A stretch of 63,365 nt of DNA, the filler included. It is 7 parts of 7 records of this genome, joined end to end, with 100 filler letters (N's around TTAATTAATTAA, not from the genome) between each part and the next. Parts side by side here need not be neighbours in the genome. Positions count along the whole stretch, not along the records: positions 1 to 18,879 come from SRR31156797_2258; positions 18,980 to 29,250 come from SRR31156797_2276; 5 more parts are not named here. One strand, written 5' to 3'. Positions 8,748-20,214 of the stretch are shown here, piece after piece. The position numbers and the translations under genes are program-made. The notes below the pieces were generated by a model, which was given only the letters and a program-made list of their open reading frames with translations, was not told where the DNA came from and did no database searches. Position 1 is the first letter of the stretch; the number at the start of each line of letters is the position of its first letter.

Positions 8748-11700
8748 ATGCCACTTAATAAAGACATAAAAAAGGTAATAGTAATAGGCTCTGGCCCTAT
8801 AGTAATCGGTCAGGCAGCGGAATTTGACTATGCAGGTACTCAAGCCTGTCGTGCCCTGAAGGAAGAAGGCATCGAGGTTGTGCTGTGTAATTCCAACCCG
8901 GCTACTATTATGACTGATTTAAATATTGCCGACAGTGTTTACCTAGAACCTTTAACTAAGGATTTGATAATAAACATTATAGAGAAGGAAAAGCCTGATT
9001 CAATGCTTCCAACTTTGGGAGGTCAGACTGGTCTGAACCTTGCTATGGAATTGTTTGAGGACGGTTACCTGGAACAATCTGGTGTAAAACTGCTGGGCAC
9101 AAATGTTGAGAGTATTTACAAAGCTGAGGACAGAGATGCATTTAAGCAGACAATGCTGGAAATCGGTGAGCCAGTTATTGATTCTACAATAGTATTTGAT
9201 GTAGATGCTGCTTTGGAATTTGCGGCGGAAGTGGGCTATCCAGTTATTGTTCGTCCTGCCTATACTCTGGGCGGAAGCGGCGGCGGTATTGCTGATGACC
9301 CAAAAGAACTGGCAGTAATCTGTTCTGACGGTCTCCGATACTCACGTACCAGTCAGTGTCTAATAGAAAAGAGTGTATCCGGCTATAAGGAAATAGAATA
9401 TGAAGTAATGCGTGATTCCAAGGGCAATTGCATTACAGTATGTAATATGGAGAACATCGACCCTGTTGGTATTCATACAGGTGACTCAATAGTTGTTGCT
9501 CCCAGTCAGACCCTACGTGATGCAGAATATCAGATGCTGAGAACATCTGCTATAAATATCATTTCATCACTAAAGATAGAAGGCGGTTGTAATGTACAGT
9601 ATGCCTTGGATACTGATAGTATGAAATATGGAGTTATCGAGGTTAACCCAAGGGTTTCCCGTTCATCTGCTCTGGCATCAAAGGCTACAGGATATCCAAT
9701 AGCAAAGGTTGCCACAAAGATAGCAATTGGTTATGGATTAGATGAGATAGTAAACTCAGTTACAGGCAAAACATATGCCAGCTTTGAGCCGACTCTAGAC
9801 TACGTGGTAGCTAAATTCCCACGCTGGCCCTTTGATAAATTCACAAATGCGGAGAATACCTTAGGAACTAGAATGATGGCAACTGGTGAGGTTATGAGTA
9901 TTGGTGCTAATTTTGAAAGTGCATTTCTAAAGGCTGTATGCTCACTGGAACTAGATATGGATTCCTTAGAATTTAAAGATGCTCACAAATACTCCGATGC
10001 AGAGATTGAGGATTTGTTGAATTTTAAATCTGATGAGAGAATATTTGTTGTGACGGAAGCCCTAAGACGAGGCATATCACCTGACACAATATATGAAATA
10101 ACAAAGATTGACATATGGTATCTATATAAATTGCAGTCTATTGTTAAAACTGAAGAAAAATTAAAATCAGGTGACAAAAGCCTATTGACCAAGGAATACC
10201 TTACATATATAAAGAAAATGGGCATAAGCGATTCGGCTATTGCCAGAATGTGCAAAATTGATGAGCAGCAGGTACGTGCACTTCGCAGTGAATTTGACAT
10301 AATACCAACATACAAGATGGTTGATACATGTGGTGCAGAGTTTGATGCAGTCAGTCCATATTATTATTCTACATATGAGGATGAGAATGAAGCACAAATC
10401 GGTGATAACAAATCTGTAGTTGTTCTAGGCTCAGGTCCTATCAGAATTGGTCAGGGTGTAGAGTTCGACTATTGTTCTGTTCATTCTATCTGGGCATTAA
10501 AGGATATGGGATACGACACAGTTATAATAAACAACAATCCAGAAACGGTATCAACCGACTTTGATACATCTGATAGACTGTACTTTGAGCCTTTGACTCC
10601 TGAATATGTTTGGAATGTACTAGAGATGGAGAAACCAGACGGCGTAGTGGTACAGTTTGGTGGACAAACAGCTATAAAGATGGCAAAGTATGTACAGCAG
10701 TTAGGATACAAAATATTAGGAACTAGTCTAAGTGATATAGATGCTGCTGAGGATAGAGAGGAATTTGAAGCACTTCTGGAGAAACTGGATATTCCCAGAC
10801 CAAAAGGCTCAACAATCTTTACGGCGGATGAAGCCCTGCAGGTGGCAAATGAATTAGGCTATCCTGTGCTGGTTCGCCCATCATATGTATTAGGCGGTCA
10901 GGGTATGGAGATAGCTTATTCTGATGCTGATATCACTGAATATATGTCTATCATCAACAGATACGGTACAAAGGATCACCCGATACTAGTTGACAAATAT
11001 ATTACTGGTAAGGAAATAGAGGTTGATGCTATCTGTGATAATGAGGATATGCTAATCCCTGGTATTATGGAGCATGTAGAAAGAGCAGGTGTCCACTCAG
11101 GTGACTCAATATCAGTTTATCCTGCATATACTCTGTCAAAGATTATGATAGAGATGATAATAGAAACAACAAGGAAGTTATGCAAAGGTCTAAATGTTGT
11201 AGGAATGATAAATATACAGTACATTGAGTGTAATGGTGATTTGTATGTCATAGAAGTTAATCCTCGTTCATCCAGAACAGTACCCTATATTTCAAAGGTG
11301 ACAGGTGTTCCTATGATTGAGCTGGCTACCAAGTGTATGATAGGACACAAGCTAAAGGACTTAGGCTATGGAACAGGGTTGTATCCTTCAAGGGGAATAT
11401 ATGCCGTAAAAGTGCCTGTATTCAGCTTTGAAAAATTGCCTGAGCTGGAGGTCAGCTTGGGACCAGAAATGAAATCTACTGGTGAAGCACTAGGTGTAGA
11501 CGAGAAATTGGAACTGGCAGTGTACAAGGGATTAATCGCTGGAGGCGTTAGAATAAAGAAAAAGGGTAAAGTGCTGATATCTATTGCTGACAACAATAAG
11601 CAGGAGATAATACCATATGCAGAGGACTTGATTTCTCTAGGGTATGAAGTGTATGCAACCAGTGGTACACAGCATGCATTAACAGCAGGATATGTACCTG

Positions 11701-11966
11701 CATCGCTGATTGGTCACTTTGGTGAGGAAAAGCCAAATATTGATTCTCTGATTAAAGGCGGCAATATAGCATTAATCGTAAATACGCCTACAAAAGGTAG
11801 AGATGCCAAAAGGAGCGGATTCCGAATTCGCCGTATGGCAGTAGAGTACAAAATACCTTGTATTACAAGTCTGGATACATTGGGTGCACTGATAAAAGCA
11901 CTGAAGCTGAACCTTGAAGAAAAGGACATTGAGCCTATGGCACTTAATGAAATATATAAAAGCTAA
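8748..11966 (+). CDS. carB: Carbamoyl-phosphate synthase large subunit
   Basis: GSGPIVIGQAAEFDY, duplicated ATP-grasp halves (EVNPRVSRSS / EVNPRSSRT), C-terminal MGS domain. Confidence 0.98.
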   Translation: MPLNKDIKKVIVIGSGPIVIGQAAEFDYAGTQACRALKEEGIEVVLCNSNPATIMTDLNIADSVYLEPLTKDLIINIIEKEKPDSMLPTLGGQTGLNLAMELFEDGYLEQSGVKLLGTNVESIYKAEDRDAFKQTMLEIGEPVIDSTIVFDVDAALEFAAEVGYPVIVRPAYTLGGSGGGIADDPKELAVICSDGLRYSRTSQCLIEKSVSGYKEIEYEVMRDSKGNCITVCNMENIDPVGIHTGDSIVVAPSQTLRDAEYQMLRTSAINIISSLKIEGGCNVQYALDTDSMKYGVIEVNPRVSRSSALASKATGYPIAKVATKIAIGYGLDEIVNSVTGKTYASFEPTLDYVVAKFPRWPFDKFTNAENTLGTRMMATGEVMSIGANFESAFLKAVCSLELDMDSLEFKDAHKYSDAEIEDLLNFKSDERIFVVTEALRRGISPDTIYEITKIDIWYLYKLQSIVKTEEKLKSGDKSLLTKEYLTYIKKMGISDSAIARMCKIDEQQVRALRSEFDIIPTYKMVDTCGAEFDAVSPYYYSTYEDENEAQIGDNKSVVVLGSGPIRIGQGVEFDYCSVHSIWALKDMGYDTVIINNNPETVSTDFDTSDRLYFEPLTPEYVWNVLEMEKPDGVVVQFGGQTAIKMAKYVQQLGYKILGTSLSDIDAAEDREEFEALLEKLDIPRPKGSTIFTADEALQVANELGYPVLVRPSYVLGGQGMEIAYSDADITEYMSIINRYGTKDHPILVDKYITGKEIEVDAICDNEDMLIPGIMEHVERAGVHSGDSISVYPAYTLSKIMIEMIIETTRKLCKGLNVVGMINIQYIECNGDLYVIEVNPRSSRTVPYISKVTGVPMIELATKCMIGHKLKDLGYGTGLYPSRGIYAVKVPVFSFEKLPELEVSLGPEMKSTGEALGVDEKLELAVYKGLIAGGVRIKKKGKVLISIADNNKQEIIPYAEDLISLGYEVYATSGTQHALTAGYVPASLIGHFGEEKPNIDSLIKGGNIALIVNTPTKGRDAKRSGFRIRRMAVEYKIPCITSLDTLGALIKALKLNLEEKDIEPMALNEIYKS

Positions 11967-12043
11967 GAATTATTATTTGAATATTTTGGATTATGTGATA
12001 GCATTATTTTATCAGATAATAAACAACATAAAGGCGGTAATAA

Positions 12044-12823
12044 ATGGGCAAACATCACAATGCCATTTTGATTGATAGTAAAGAAATAGCGACAGATACA
12101 TTTGAACTGACGTTTAAAACGGAGAATGCGAAAAAGCCTGCAATAGCAGGGCAGTTCCTGCATATCAAAGTACCAAATAGAAATGAGCTGCTTCTTCGCA
12201 GACCTATAAGTATAAATACAGTGGATAAAGCAAGTAGCACAATCTCCATAGTAGTACAGGCAAAAGGAGAAGGTACACAGCATTTGTGTTCTATAGCAAT
12301 AGATACAGAAGTTGATATAATAGGACCTGTAGGCAGAGGCTTTATGCCGGATAAGAGTATAAAGCGAGCTGCTGTAGTAGGCGGAGGACTAGGAGTTGCT
12401 CCTCTTCGCTATCTAATAGAGAATAATAAAAAGATTATGTTTGACTCCTACATAGGATTCAGAAATAATGATTTTGCATATCAGACAGATATATTTGAGG
12501 GTATAAGCAATATGCATTTGTTCAGTGATGACGGCTCAATAGGAACAAAGGGTTTTGCTACCAGTGCTTTGGATGAAAATCTAGAAAGCGTTGAATATGA
12601 CGCTATCTATGCATGTGGACCTACACCGATGTTCAGGGCATTGAAGAGCGTTGTGGAAAAGACGGATATCCCCTGTTATATTTCTCTGGAGGAGAGAATG
12701 GGCTGCGGAATAGGAGCTTGTAAGACCTGTGTATGCAAGATAAAAGCAAAAGATGACTCATATGATCATCTAACTGTTTGTCAGGATGGACCTGTTTTTG
12801 AGATACGAGAGGTTATATTATGA
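12044..12823 (+). CDS. pyrK: Dihydroorotate dehydrogenase electron transfer subunit
   Basis: LRRPISI, GGGLGVAP, ACGP, EERMGCGIGACKTC...C [2Fe-2S] motif. Confidence 0.95.
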   Translation: MGKHHNAILIDSKEIATDTFELTFKTENAKKPAIAGQFLHIKVPNRNELLLRRPISINTVDKASSTISIVVQAKGEGTQHLCSIAIDTEVDIIGPVGRGFMPDKSIKRAAVVGGGLGVAPLRYLIENNKKIMFDSYIGFRNNDFAYQTDIFEGISNMHLFSDDGSIGTKGFATSALDENLESVEYDAIYACGPTPMFRALKSVVEKTDIPCYISLEERMGCGIGACKTCVCKIKAKDDSYDHLTVCQDGPVFEIREVIL

Positions 12824-13728
12824 CAGATATGAAGGTTAAAATATGTGATAAGGTACTAAAGAACCCTATTATAGCTGCATCAGGCTGCTTTGGATTCGGT
12901 AAACAGTTTACTCCATATGAAAATCTGTCTGATTTGGGAGGAATATCCCTCAAGGCATTGACCAAGGAAAAGAGAGTAGGAAACGATGCACCCAGAATAG
13001 CAGAAACCCCATCAGGCGTTCTTAATGCTGTAGGACTGCAGAATCCCGGAGTGGACGAATTCCTAATAAGTGAAATGCCAAGGCTTGAAAGTGTAGGGAC
13101 AACTCTTTTTGCCAATGTTTCAGGCTCTACCATAGATGAATACCTGTATGTAATAGACAGGCTGAATGATACCAGCATTGACTTTATTGAGCTAAATATC
13201 TCCTGTCCTAACGTAAAGGAGGGGGGAGCATCGTTTGGCTCATATCCTAAGACGGTTACAGAAATTGTGAAAGCTGCCCGAGAAGTATGCGAGAAACCAT
13301 TGGTGGTAAAGCTAACGCCTAATACAACGGATATTACAGCTACTGCGCTGGCTGCTCAGGACGCAGGTGCCGATGCTATCAGCTTAATAAATACACTTAA
13401 GGGTATGGCGATAGATGTCTACAGACAAAAGCCCATATTGGCAAATATAACAGGAGGGCTGTCAGGTCCAGCTATTATGCCAGTAGCACTTGCTATGGTT
13501 TATGCTGTAAGCAAGGTAGTGGAAGTTCCCATAATCGGCATGGGAGGGATTTCATCTGGGGAGGATGTGGCGGCATTTATGCTAGCAGGAGCATCTGCTG
13601 TCATGGTGGGCACTATGAACTTGGTTTATCCTGATGCATGTACTATGATAAATCATGAATTCAAAGACTACCTAAAGAAAATGGGAATAAAGAAAGCCTC
13701 GGATTTGGTAGGACAATTGAAAGTTTGA
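12820..13728 (+). CDS. pyrD: Dihydroorotate dehydrogenase B catalytic subunit
   Basis: NAVGLQNPG, ELNISCPN, VKLTPN, INT, GGLSGPA; 4-nt overlap with pyrK. Confidence 0.97.
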   Translation: MTDMKVKICDKVLKNPIIAASGCFGFGKQFTPYENLSDLGGISLKALTKEKRVGNDAPRIAETPSGVLNAVGLQNPGVDEFLISEMPRLESVGTTLFANVSGSTIDEYLYVIDRLNDTSIDFIELNISCPNVKEGGASFGSYPKTVTEIVKAAREVCEKPLVVKLTPNTTDITATALAAQDAGADAISLINTLKGMAIDVYRQKPILANITGGLSGPAIMPVALAMVYAVSKVVEVPIIGMGGISSGEDVAAFMLAGASAVMVGTMNLVYPDACTMINHEFKDYLKKMGIKKASDLVGQLKV

Positions 13729-13733
13729 TACAT

Positions 13734-13759
13734 AGAGGCAGTGATAACTGTCTCTTTTT
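13734..13759 (+). terminator. Terminator-like hairpin between pyrD and pyrE
   Basis: AGAGGCAGT-gata-ACTGTCTCT followed by TTTT. Confidence 0.55.
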
Positions 13760-13782
13760 AATAAAACACTTTGGAGGAAACA

Positions 13783-14364
13783 ATGGAAAAGGAAAAGGCA
13801 TTAAAAATATTTGAAGAATCGCAGTTGATGCAAAAGGGACACTTTCTGCTGACATCAGGTAGACACAGCGATACATATATGCAGTGTGCCAGGCTTTTTG
13901 AGCAGCCGCACTACAGCGAAATGGTTGCAGAAGATATCGCAGAAGGCTTTGCTTTTGATGATATTACTGTAGTAGTTGGTCCTGCAATGGGTGGAATCAT
14001 TTTGGCATACGAAGTATCTCGCGCACTTGGTGTAAGGAATATATTTGCTGAAAGGCAAAATGGTGAAATGGCTCTTCGCAGAGGATTTGCATTATCGCCG
14101 GATGATAAGGTGTTAATCGTCGAGGATGTCGTTACAACCGGCGGGAGCGTATTTGAAGTAATGGAAGTGGTTAAGGAAACAGGTGCAGAGATTGTGGGAG
14201 TTGGCTTGGTAGTAGACAGAAGTAATGGCAAGATTGATTTTGGCGTCAAAAAGCATGCGGTTGTTACTATGGAAGTTATCAGCTTTGAAGAAAAGGATTG
14301 TCCTCTTTGTAAAGAAAATATTCCTGTTATTAAGCCGGGAAGCAGGAATATAAATAAATCATAG
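13783..14364 (+). CDS. pyrE: Orotate phosphoribosyltransferase
   Basis: GHFLLTSGRHS, VLIVEDVVTTGGS; SD GGAGG before ATG 13783. Confidence 0.96.
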   Translation: MEKEKALKIFEESQLMQKGHFLLTSGRHSDTYMQCARLFEQPHYSEMVAEDIAEGFAFDDITVVVGPAMGGIILAYEVSRALGVRNIFAERQNGEMALRRGFALSPDDKVLIVEDVVTTGGSVFEVMEVVKETGAEIVGVGLVVDRSNGKIDFGVKKHAVVTMEVISFEEKDCPLCKENIPVIKPGSRNINKS

Positions 14365-14450
14365 AGGAAATATCTCCATATAATTAACAAAATGTGTATA
14401 TAATAATATAATTATTTACTTGCACATTAGTATTTGATAGAATGTAGCTT

Positions 14451-15866
14451 ATGAAAAGGATAATAATATTAATTGCGGCACTGGCAGTCCTGGTATCTGG
14501 GTGCAGTGCACAAACGGATGAAATAGATACTGCTGAAGTAACCACAGAACCAGTTGTTGATGAAACTGCTGAGGTAATAGAAACACAAGAAACACAAGAA
14601 CCAGTGGAAGCAGCAGCAGCTGAGATAGCACAAGTTGACCCTAAAACACTACCAGAGAATTCTCTGAATGGAGTACTTCTTAATTATGAGATTCCAGAGG
14701 ACAGTTCTCAGATTATACTGGTAGTAGTTGACGACAGCAGAGAAAAGATGTACCTGATGGAGCTTGCCGAAAATGGATTGTGGCAGGTAGCCTATGGTCC
14801 GTTTGAGGCGGAAATAGGCAGAAATGGGTTAGGTAAAGAAAAAGAGGGGGATGGAAAAAGCCCTGTTGGTGTGTTTGACTTAGGATATGCATTCGGTCGT
14901 CATGGTGCGCCTAGTGGTACAACATGGCCTTGGCGAGATACTGTCTCTGGTGATTTGTGGATAGAAGATTCTGATTCCCAATACTATAATCTCTTTGTAA
15001 AAGAAGATGAAATAGAGGAGAAGGACTGGAAAAACGGCAGTAATTTGAATATTAGTGCCTATGAAAAAGCTATCGAAGTCAGGTACAATGAGGATAGAAC
15101 TCCTGGACTTGGCAGTGCAATATTTATCCACTGCTGGGCAGATTCTACTACATCTACGTCTGGATGTACTGCAATATCCGAAAAGAACATCACAAAACTG
15201 ATACAGTGGATGGATCCCTTAAAGCATACAGTCTTGGTTCAGACTCCTTATGATATGTTAGGCAATGGTGATTTAGAATATCTCTGTGATTTTGATTATT
15301 CTATTTCTTATGATATTAAGTTATCAGGAGATGATAATTTTTTTGGAGAGATACTGCCTGATTATAATACAAATACAGTGATTACAACGACAGAAATAAT
15401 TGAAAAGATATTAGATATTAATGATTATTTGAAAGACTGGGACAGGCAGCTATATATATATGAAGCGTATAGACCGATTAAAGCATATGATTATATTAAT
15501 GAATGGATATTGCGAAGCGATGATGCTACATACAAGGATGATTATTACCCCAATATGAAAAAGGAAGATTTGATTAAGAAATACTTTGAGATAAAAGATT
15601 TAGCATTATATCCTAGAGCACAAGTAATACATGTAGGTTTAGCTGATATGGAAGGCAATCCTCTTGACATGGGCGGAGAGTATTTTGTATTTGATAAAAG
15701 TACAAGTTATGAATATACTGATATTTCAGCAGAAGCAGAATATAACCGTGAACTGCTCCATGATATAATGGTTAATACAGGATTCACTGCGAATACTGAT
15801 AACTGGTGGGAGTATATTTTTGATCCAGATCCGTATGGAACAAAATATGACGAGATAATTCAATAG
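14451..15866 (+). CDS. Lipoprotein: L,D-transpeptidase (YkuD-like) domain fused to a degenerate VanX/M15 D-Ala-D-Ala dipeptidase domain
   Basis: Lipobox LVSGC; KEGDGKSPVG and GSAIFIH...TSGC (LDT); YEAYRP, DMGGEY, NRELL..IM...GF....NWWEY (VanX-like). Confidence 0.8.
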   Translation: MKRIIILIAALAVLVSGCSAQTDEIDTAEVTTEPVVDETAEVIETQETQEPVEAAAAEIAQVDPKTLPENSLNGVLLNYEIPEDSSQIILVVVDDSREKMYLMELAENGLWQVAYGPFEAEIGRNGLGKEKEGDGKSPVGVFDLGYAFGRHGAPSGTTWPWRDTVSGDLWIEDSDSQYYNLFVKEDEIEEKDWKNGSNLNISAYEKAIEVRYNEDRTPGLGSAIFIHCWADSTTSTSGCTAISEKNITKLIQWMDPLKHTVLVQTPYDMLGNGDLEYLCDFDYSISYDIKLSGDDNFFGEILPDYNTNTVITTTEIIEKILDINDYLKDWDRQLYIYEAYRPIKAYDYINEWILRSDDATYKDDYYPNMKKEDLIKKYFEIKDLALYPRAQVIHVGLADMEGNPLDMGGEYFVFDKSTSYEYTDISAEAEYNRELLHDIMVNTGFTANTDNWWEYIFDPDPYGTKYDEIIQ

Positions 15867-16049
15867 AAAATAGTTAAATTATTGTAAATATTTTATTTTT
15901 CTGCATTTTTTACTGTTTCATAATATGACTTTGGGTGTATTATATATACAATGTAATGTATTAGTATTGTTATACACATCGTAATTATATATTCTATATT
16001 CAGTTTACCATGTTATAGCATAAGAATTTTTAGAGAAAGACTTGGGATA

Positions 16050-18050
16050 ATGAAGAAATTAAAAACAAGCATTGTGCTGCTATGTGCTGCTGTTGCTATT
16101 GGTGCAACTTCTAGTACAGCATATGCAGGTAGCAGTTTTACAGAATCGAGTAATAATTCGTTTGCAGAATTTTTTGGGAATTTACTTAATATTGATGTAT
16201 CAAATACAGTAACGCTAGGGTACATTCTGCCAGTTGCACTTGTACTGATACTGATATTAATAGCTATTCCTGTTATCAGTAACATGATGGTAAAGAAGAT
16301 AAAAAGATCTGCTGGAGTATATTCAGCACAGATTGTTGAGTCAATACCTGATGCTGTTATTGGTCTTGATAACAAGAGCAACGTTATTTTTGTTAATAAT
16401 GCTGCACTAAATATGTTCGAATTAAAGGAATCTGAGATTATAGGGAAAAAGCTCTTTCCTATGATGGATTTTAGAGAAGTGGCATCTCAAGGCACTCAGA
16501 GTGCACTGTATGATGCATTGCTCATAGAATACCCAGCAACAGTAAGAAAGATATCCAGTACTAATAGTTTAGATCCTAATATTGCTTTTGAAGTTGCTAA
16601 AATAAAGAAGTACATTAGTGTGAAAAACCTGCCTATGAATGTTTCCAGTTCATCTGGTAAGCAGTATGTCGTAAATCTGGATATTCGTCCTTTTGATGAG
16701 GATAATCTTGATGATGGTATGATTGTTGCACTCCATGATGTTACTCAAGAGGCAAAGGCACAGGAAAGGCTAAAGCATTTGGCTACTCATGACAATCTGA
16801 CAACACTGTACAACAGAGACGGTTTATTAGAAAAAATGAAGGCACTGGATTTAGCAAACAATCAATATGGCGTTATAAATCTGAACATAGATAATATCAA
16901 AAGTACTAAAGATGTATATGGTCATAATGTATATGATGACTGCATTAAGATTTTTTCCACTATTATCAAAGAATATTCTCCTAGTAATTCAATAGTTGCC
17001 AGAACTGGTGACGGAGAATATATGGTTGTTATGCCATATACAGTTGAATCCCAGATAGAATCCGCTGCAGGTAAATTCATTCGTCAGGCAGCTTTAATCA
17101 GAGGTGGTATCTACAATCTGCAGATTTCTGCAGGTATTGCGTATGCACCTACACATTCAACAAATGTGGATGAAGTAATAATGTATTCTGAAATCGCTAA
17201 TACAAATGCGAATAAAGCTGGTAAGAATCAAATGGTTACATTCAACCAGAAGATGATTGACGAAATCATGGAAGAGCATAGATGGGAAAATGAAATAGAA
17301 AAAGCATTCTATGATAATGAATTCATGATGTATTACCAGCCTATAGTAGATTTGAAAAGAGAGAGAATCGCAAAGATGGAGGCTCTGGCAAGATGGCAGC
17401 ATCCAGAAAAGGGTGTATTGTCACCATGGTACTTCATCAACAGAATAGAGCGTATGTCTATTGTTCACGAGTTCTGCTATTGGGTTATTGAGGAAGTGTT
17501 CAAGGATTACAATGATTTTGTTAAAACCAGATATTGCGCTAACAATCCTATAAGCATTTCAATAAATGTATCACCACAGCAATTATTTGATGATGAATTT
17601 ACAAACGTATTAAAACAATTAGTGAAAAAGTACAAAATTCCAAAAGATTCAATGAACATTGAAGTAACAGAGTCATTTTTTGAAGGGGATTTCGCTCGTT
17701 CATTAAAAGTTGTTAAGGAGATAAAGGATATTGGATTTATGATATCTATGGATGACTTTGGTACAGAGTATTCAACGCTATCTAAACTTCATACAATAAA
17801 TTTTGATGAAGTTAAGCTGGACAAGAGTTTCGTAGATAATATTACTACGTCTGAGATTTCGCTGTCTATAACAAAGATGTTGGTTGAGATATCAGAGAAG
17901 AATAATTATGAGCTGGTTGCAGAGGGGGTAGAGACAGAGGAGCAATTGCAATTACTGGCAAGTTATGGATGTAACCTTTTCCAAGGATATTATTTCTACA
18001 GACCAATATCCAAGGATGATATAATTTATATCTTTAATACTACTATTTGA
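16050..18050 (+). CDS. Membrane-anchored PAS-GGDEF(degenerate)-EAL protein, probable c-di-GMP phosphodiesterase
   Basis: Signal/TM segments, PAS (IVESIPDAVI), HDNLTTLYNR, ARTGDGEY, MEALARWQHP, DDFGTEYS, EGVET. Confidence 0.9.
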   Translation: MKKLKTSIVLLCAAVAIGATSSTAYAGSSFTESSNNSFAEFFGNLLNIDVSNTVTLGYILPVALVLILILIAIPVISNMMVKKIKRSAGVYSAQIVESIPDAVIGLDNKSNVIFVNNAALNMFELKESEIIGKKLFPMMDFREVASQGTQSALYDALLIEYPATVRKISSTNSLDPNIAFEVAKIKKYISVKNLPMNVSSSSGKQYVVNLDIRPFDEDNLDDGMIVALHDVTQEAKAQERLKHLATHDNLTTLYNRDGLLEKMKALDLANNQYGVINLNIDNIKSTKDVYGHNVYDDCIKIFSTIIKEYSPSNSIVARTGDGEYMVVMPYTVESQIESAAGKFIRQAALIRGGIYNLQISAGIAYAPTHSTNVDEVIMYSEIANTNANKAGKNQMVTFNQKMIDEIMEEHRWENEIEKAFYDNEFMMYYQPIVDLKRERIAKMEALARWQHPEKGVLSPWYFINRIERMSIVHEFCYWVIEEVFKDYNDFVKTRYCANNPISISINVSPQQLFDDEFTNVLKQLVKKYKIPKDSMNIEVTESFFEGDFARSLKVVKEIKDIGFMISMDDFGTEYSTLSKLHTINFDEVKLDKSFVDNITTSEISLSITKMLVEISEKNNYELVAEGVETEEQLQLLASYGCNLFQGYYFYRPISKDDIIYIFNTTI

Positions 18051-18070
18051 CAGAATAAATACGAACAGAT

Positions 18071-18104
18071 AAAGCCGCAGAGTAAATAAGCACTGTGGCT
18101 TTTA
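18071..18104 (+). terminator. Intrinsic terminator
   Basis: AAAGCCGCAG...CTGTGGCTTT stem followed by a T-rich tail. Confidence 0.6.
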
Positions 18105-18187
18105 TAATATAAGTTTATAGATATTATATTTGTCTATAATAATGAGAAAGAGAAATATTTTTTATTTAATTATAGTAAGCTAAATAA

Positions 18188-18879
<692 letters not shown>

Positions 18880-18979
18880 NNNNNNNNNNNNNNNNNNNNN
18901 NNNNNNNNNNNNNNNNNNNNNNNTTAATTAATTAANNNNNNNNNNNNNNNNNNNNNNNNNNNNNNNNNNNNNNNNNNNN
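18880..18979. other. Artificial contig spacer
   Basis: 44 N + TTAATTAATTAA (stops in all six frames) + 44 N; composition changes across it. Confidence 0.98.
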
Positions 18980-19912
18980 GTACATGTACTGACCGTAACG
19001 ACCGGGGGACGTTGCGCATGCCATCTGTTCGATTTCAATGGCCAGATGGATGAACCAGAAGGATTGGATGGCTTCGCGGAAATTGCGGGCCGGGAATTCA
19101 GGGACGCGGCGGCAAATCTCAGCGATTTCCAACAGCTCTTTTTTGGCTTTGGGATCACTTTCATCGGCAGCGGTTTTTTCGGCGAGGTCTGCATAACGGT
19201 GAGAGTGGGCGATGACAGCTTCCAAGGTAACGAGCATGGACCGGTACAGGTCGTGCTTTTCCTTGTTTTCCAGTGTGGTGGGGCAATCTTCGAAGCGTTT
19301 CTTTACGTCATCAATGAGCCAGCGCAACCCTTTGTTCAATGCCATGGGGTAATCGGCAATACCGGAACCACTCGCGACACTGACATTTTCATAGTACATG
19401 CCAGCTTTTGCATACGGCTTGGGGTTAATGCCGTATTTTTCTTTGAACAGTTTGTTGTTTAGATCAATGCAGGTGCGGCCTTTCCACAATTTGTATGTCT
19501 TTTCCAACAACTCCTGTGTCTCGGCGGGAATCTTCATTTCGCCAAGAGAAGCCATTTTGGCCATCTGCATTTCTTCCTTGATCCAGGACACGTTCCATTC
19601 GGGGTATGCATATACACCGGCTCGTACGCCGGTCAGTGTACCAACGATGGGGTTGCCGTCGAGAAAGATGTTCTTTTTGGTCAGGACACGCTCAAATAAC
19701 TTGGCGCGGATGTAGAAAGTGGATTCACCCTGATATTTTTCATAGACTTCGTTCAGGAATTGCAGGCGTTCAGGGTCCATTACCTGCGGAGCGTTCATCA
19801 AGAAGTCTTTCAACTCCTTGACGCGGTCTTCGGCGGTGTCCCAGTCGATGCCATACCCCATGGAGGGGGAGGCAGAGGAATCAGAATCTTTTATCATGGA
19901 AAGATTGGTCAT
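18980..19912 (-). CDS. Glycyl radical enzyme (PFL-like superfamily), N-terminal part, truncated by contig end
   Basis: RAKLFERVL, IADY..ALNKGL, ELLEIAEICRRVPEFPARNFREAIQSFWF, SPGRYGQYMY; SD AGGAGA. Confidence 0.92.
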
Positions 19913-19989
19913 TGATATCTCCTGTTTGTGTAAGATTTTCCCTGAAGAAAATTGAAAGCGGTGTTCATTCGCTTGTTCTTTTTGTCACT

Positions 19990-20005
19990 AGCAGGAGGTG
20001 TGCCA
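19990..20005 (-). promoter_or_regulatory. Sigma54 -24/-12 promoter of the glycyl radical enzyme gene
   Basis: Minus strand TGGCACACCTCCTGCT (GG-N10-GC). Confidence 0.8.
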
Positions 20006-20214
20006 TGCGGCTTATTGCTGATGTTTTTGTTCTTAATTATTTGTTATAATTTGATTTATTTGTATTTATGCTCATTTTTGAGATAGTGAAAAAAGTTTTT
20101 TTTTGTAAAAAAAACTTTCCTTTTTAATAAAAATTTTTCATTGGAGATGCGGAAGCGTAGCCGTTTATGTCTGCATTTCGATTGCCCACACCAACTTTGA
20201 AGGGGTCGTGAGAT

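Noticed and set aside
14451-15866. Vancomycin-resistance gene vanX
   Set aside because: Catalytic residues are absent, the domain is part of an exported lipoprotein, and no van cluster is nearby
18924-18935. Recurring TTAATTAATTAA palindrome as a biological repeat
   Set aside because: It is always centred in a 100-nt N spacer; it is an artificial six-frame stop linker
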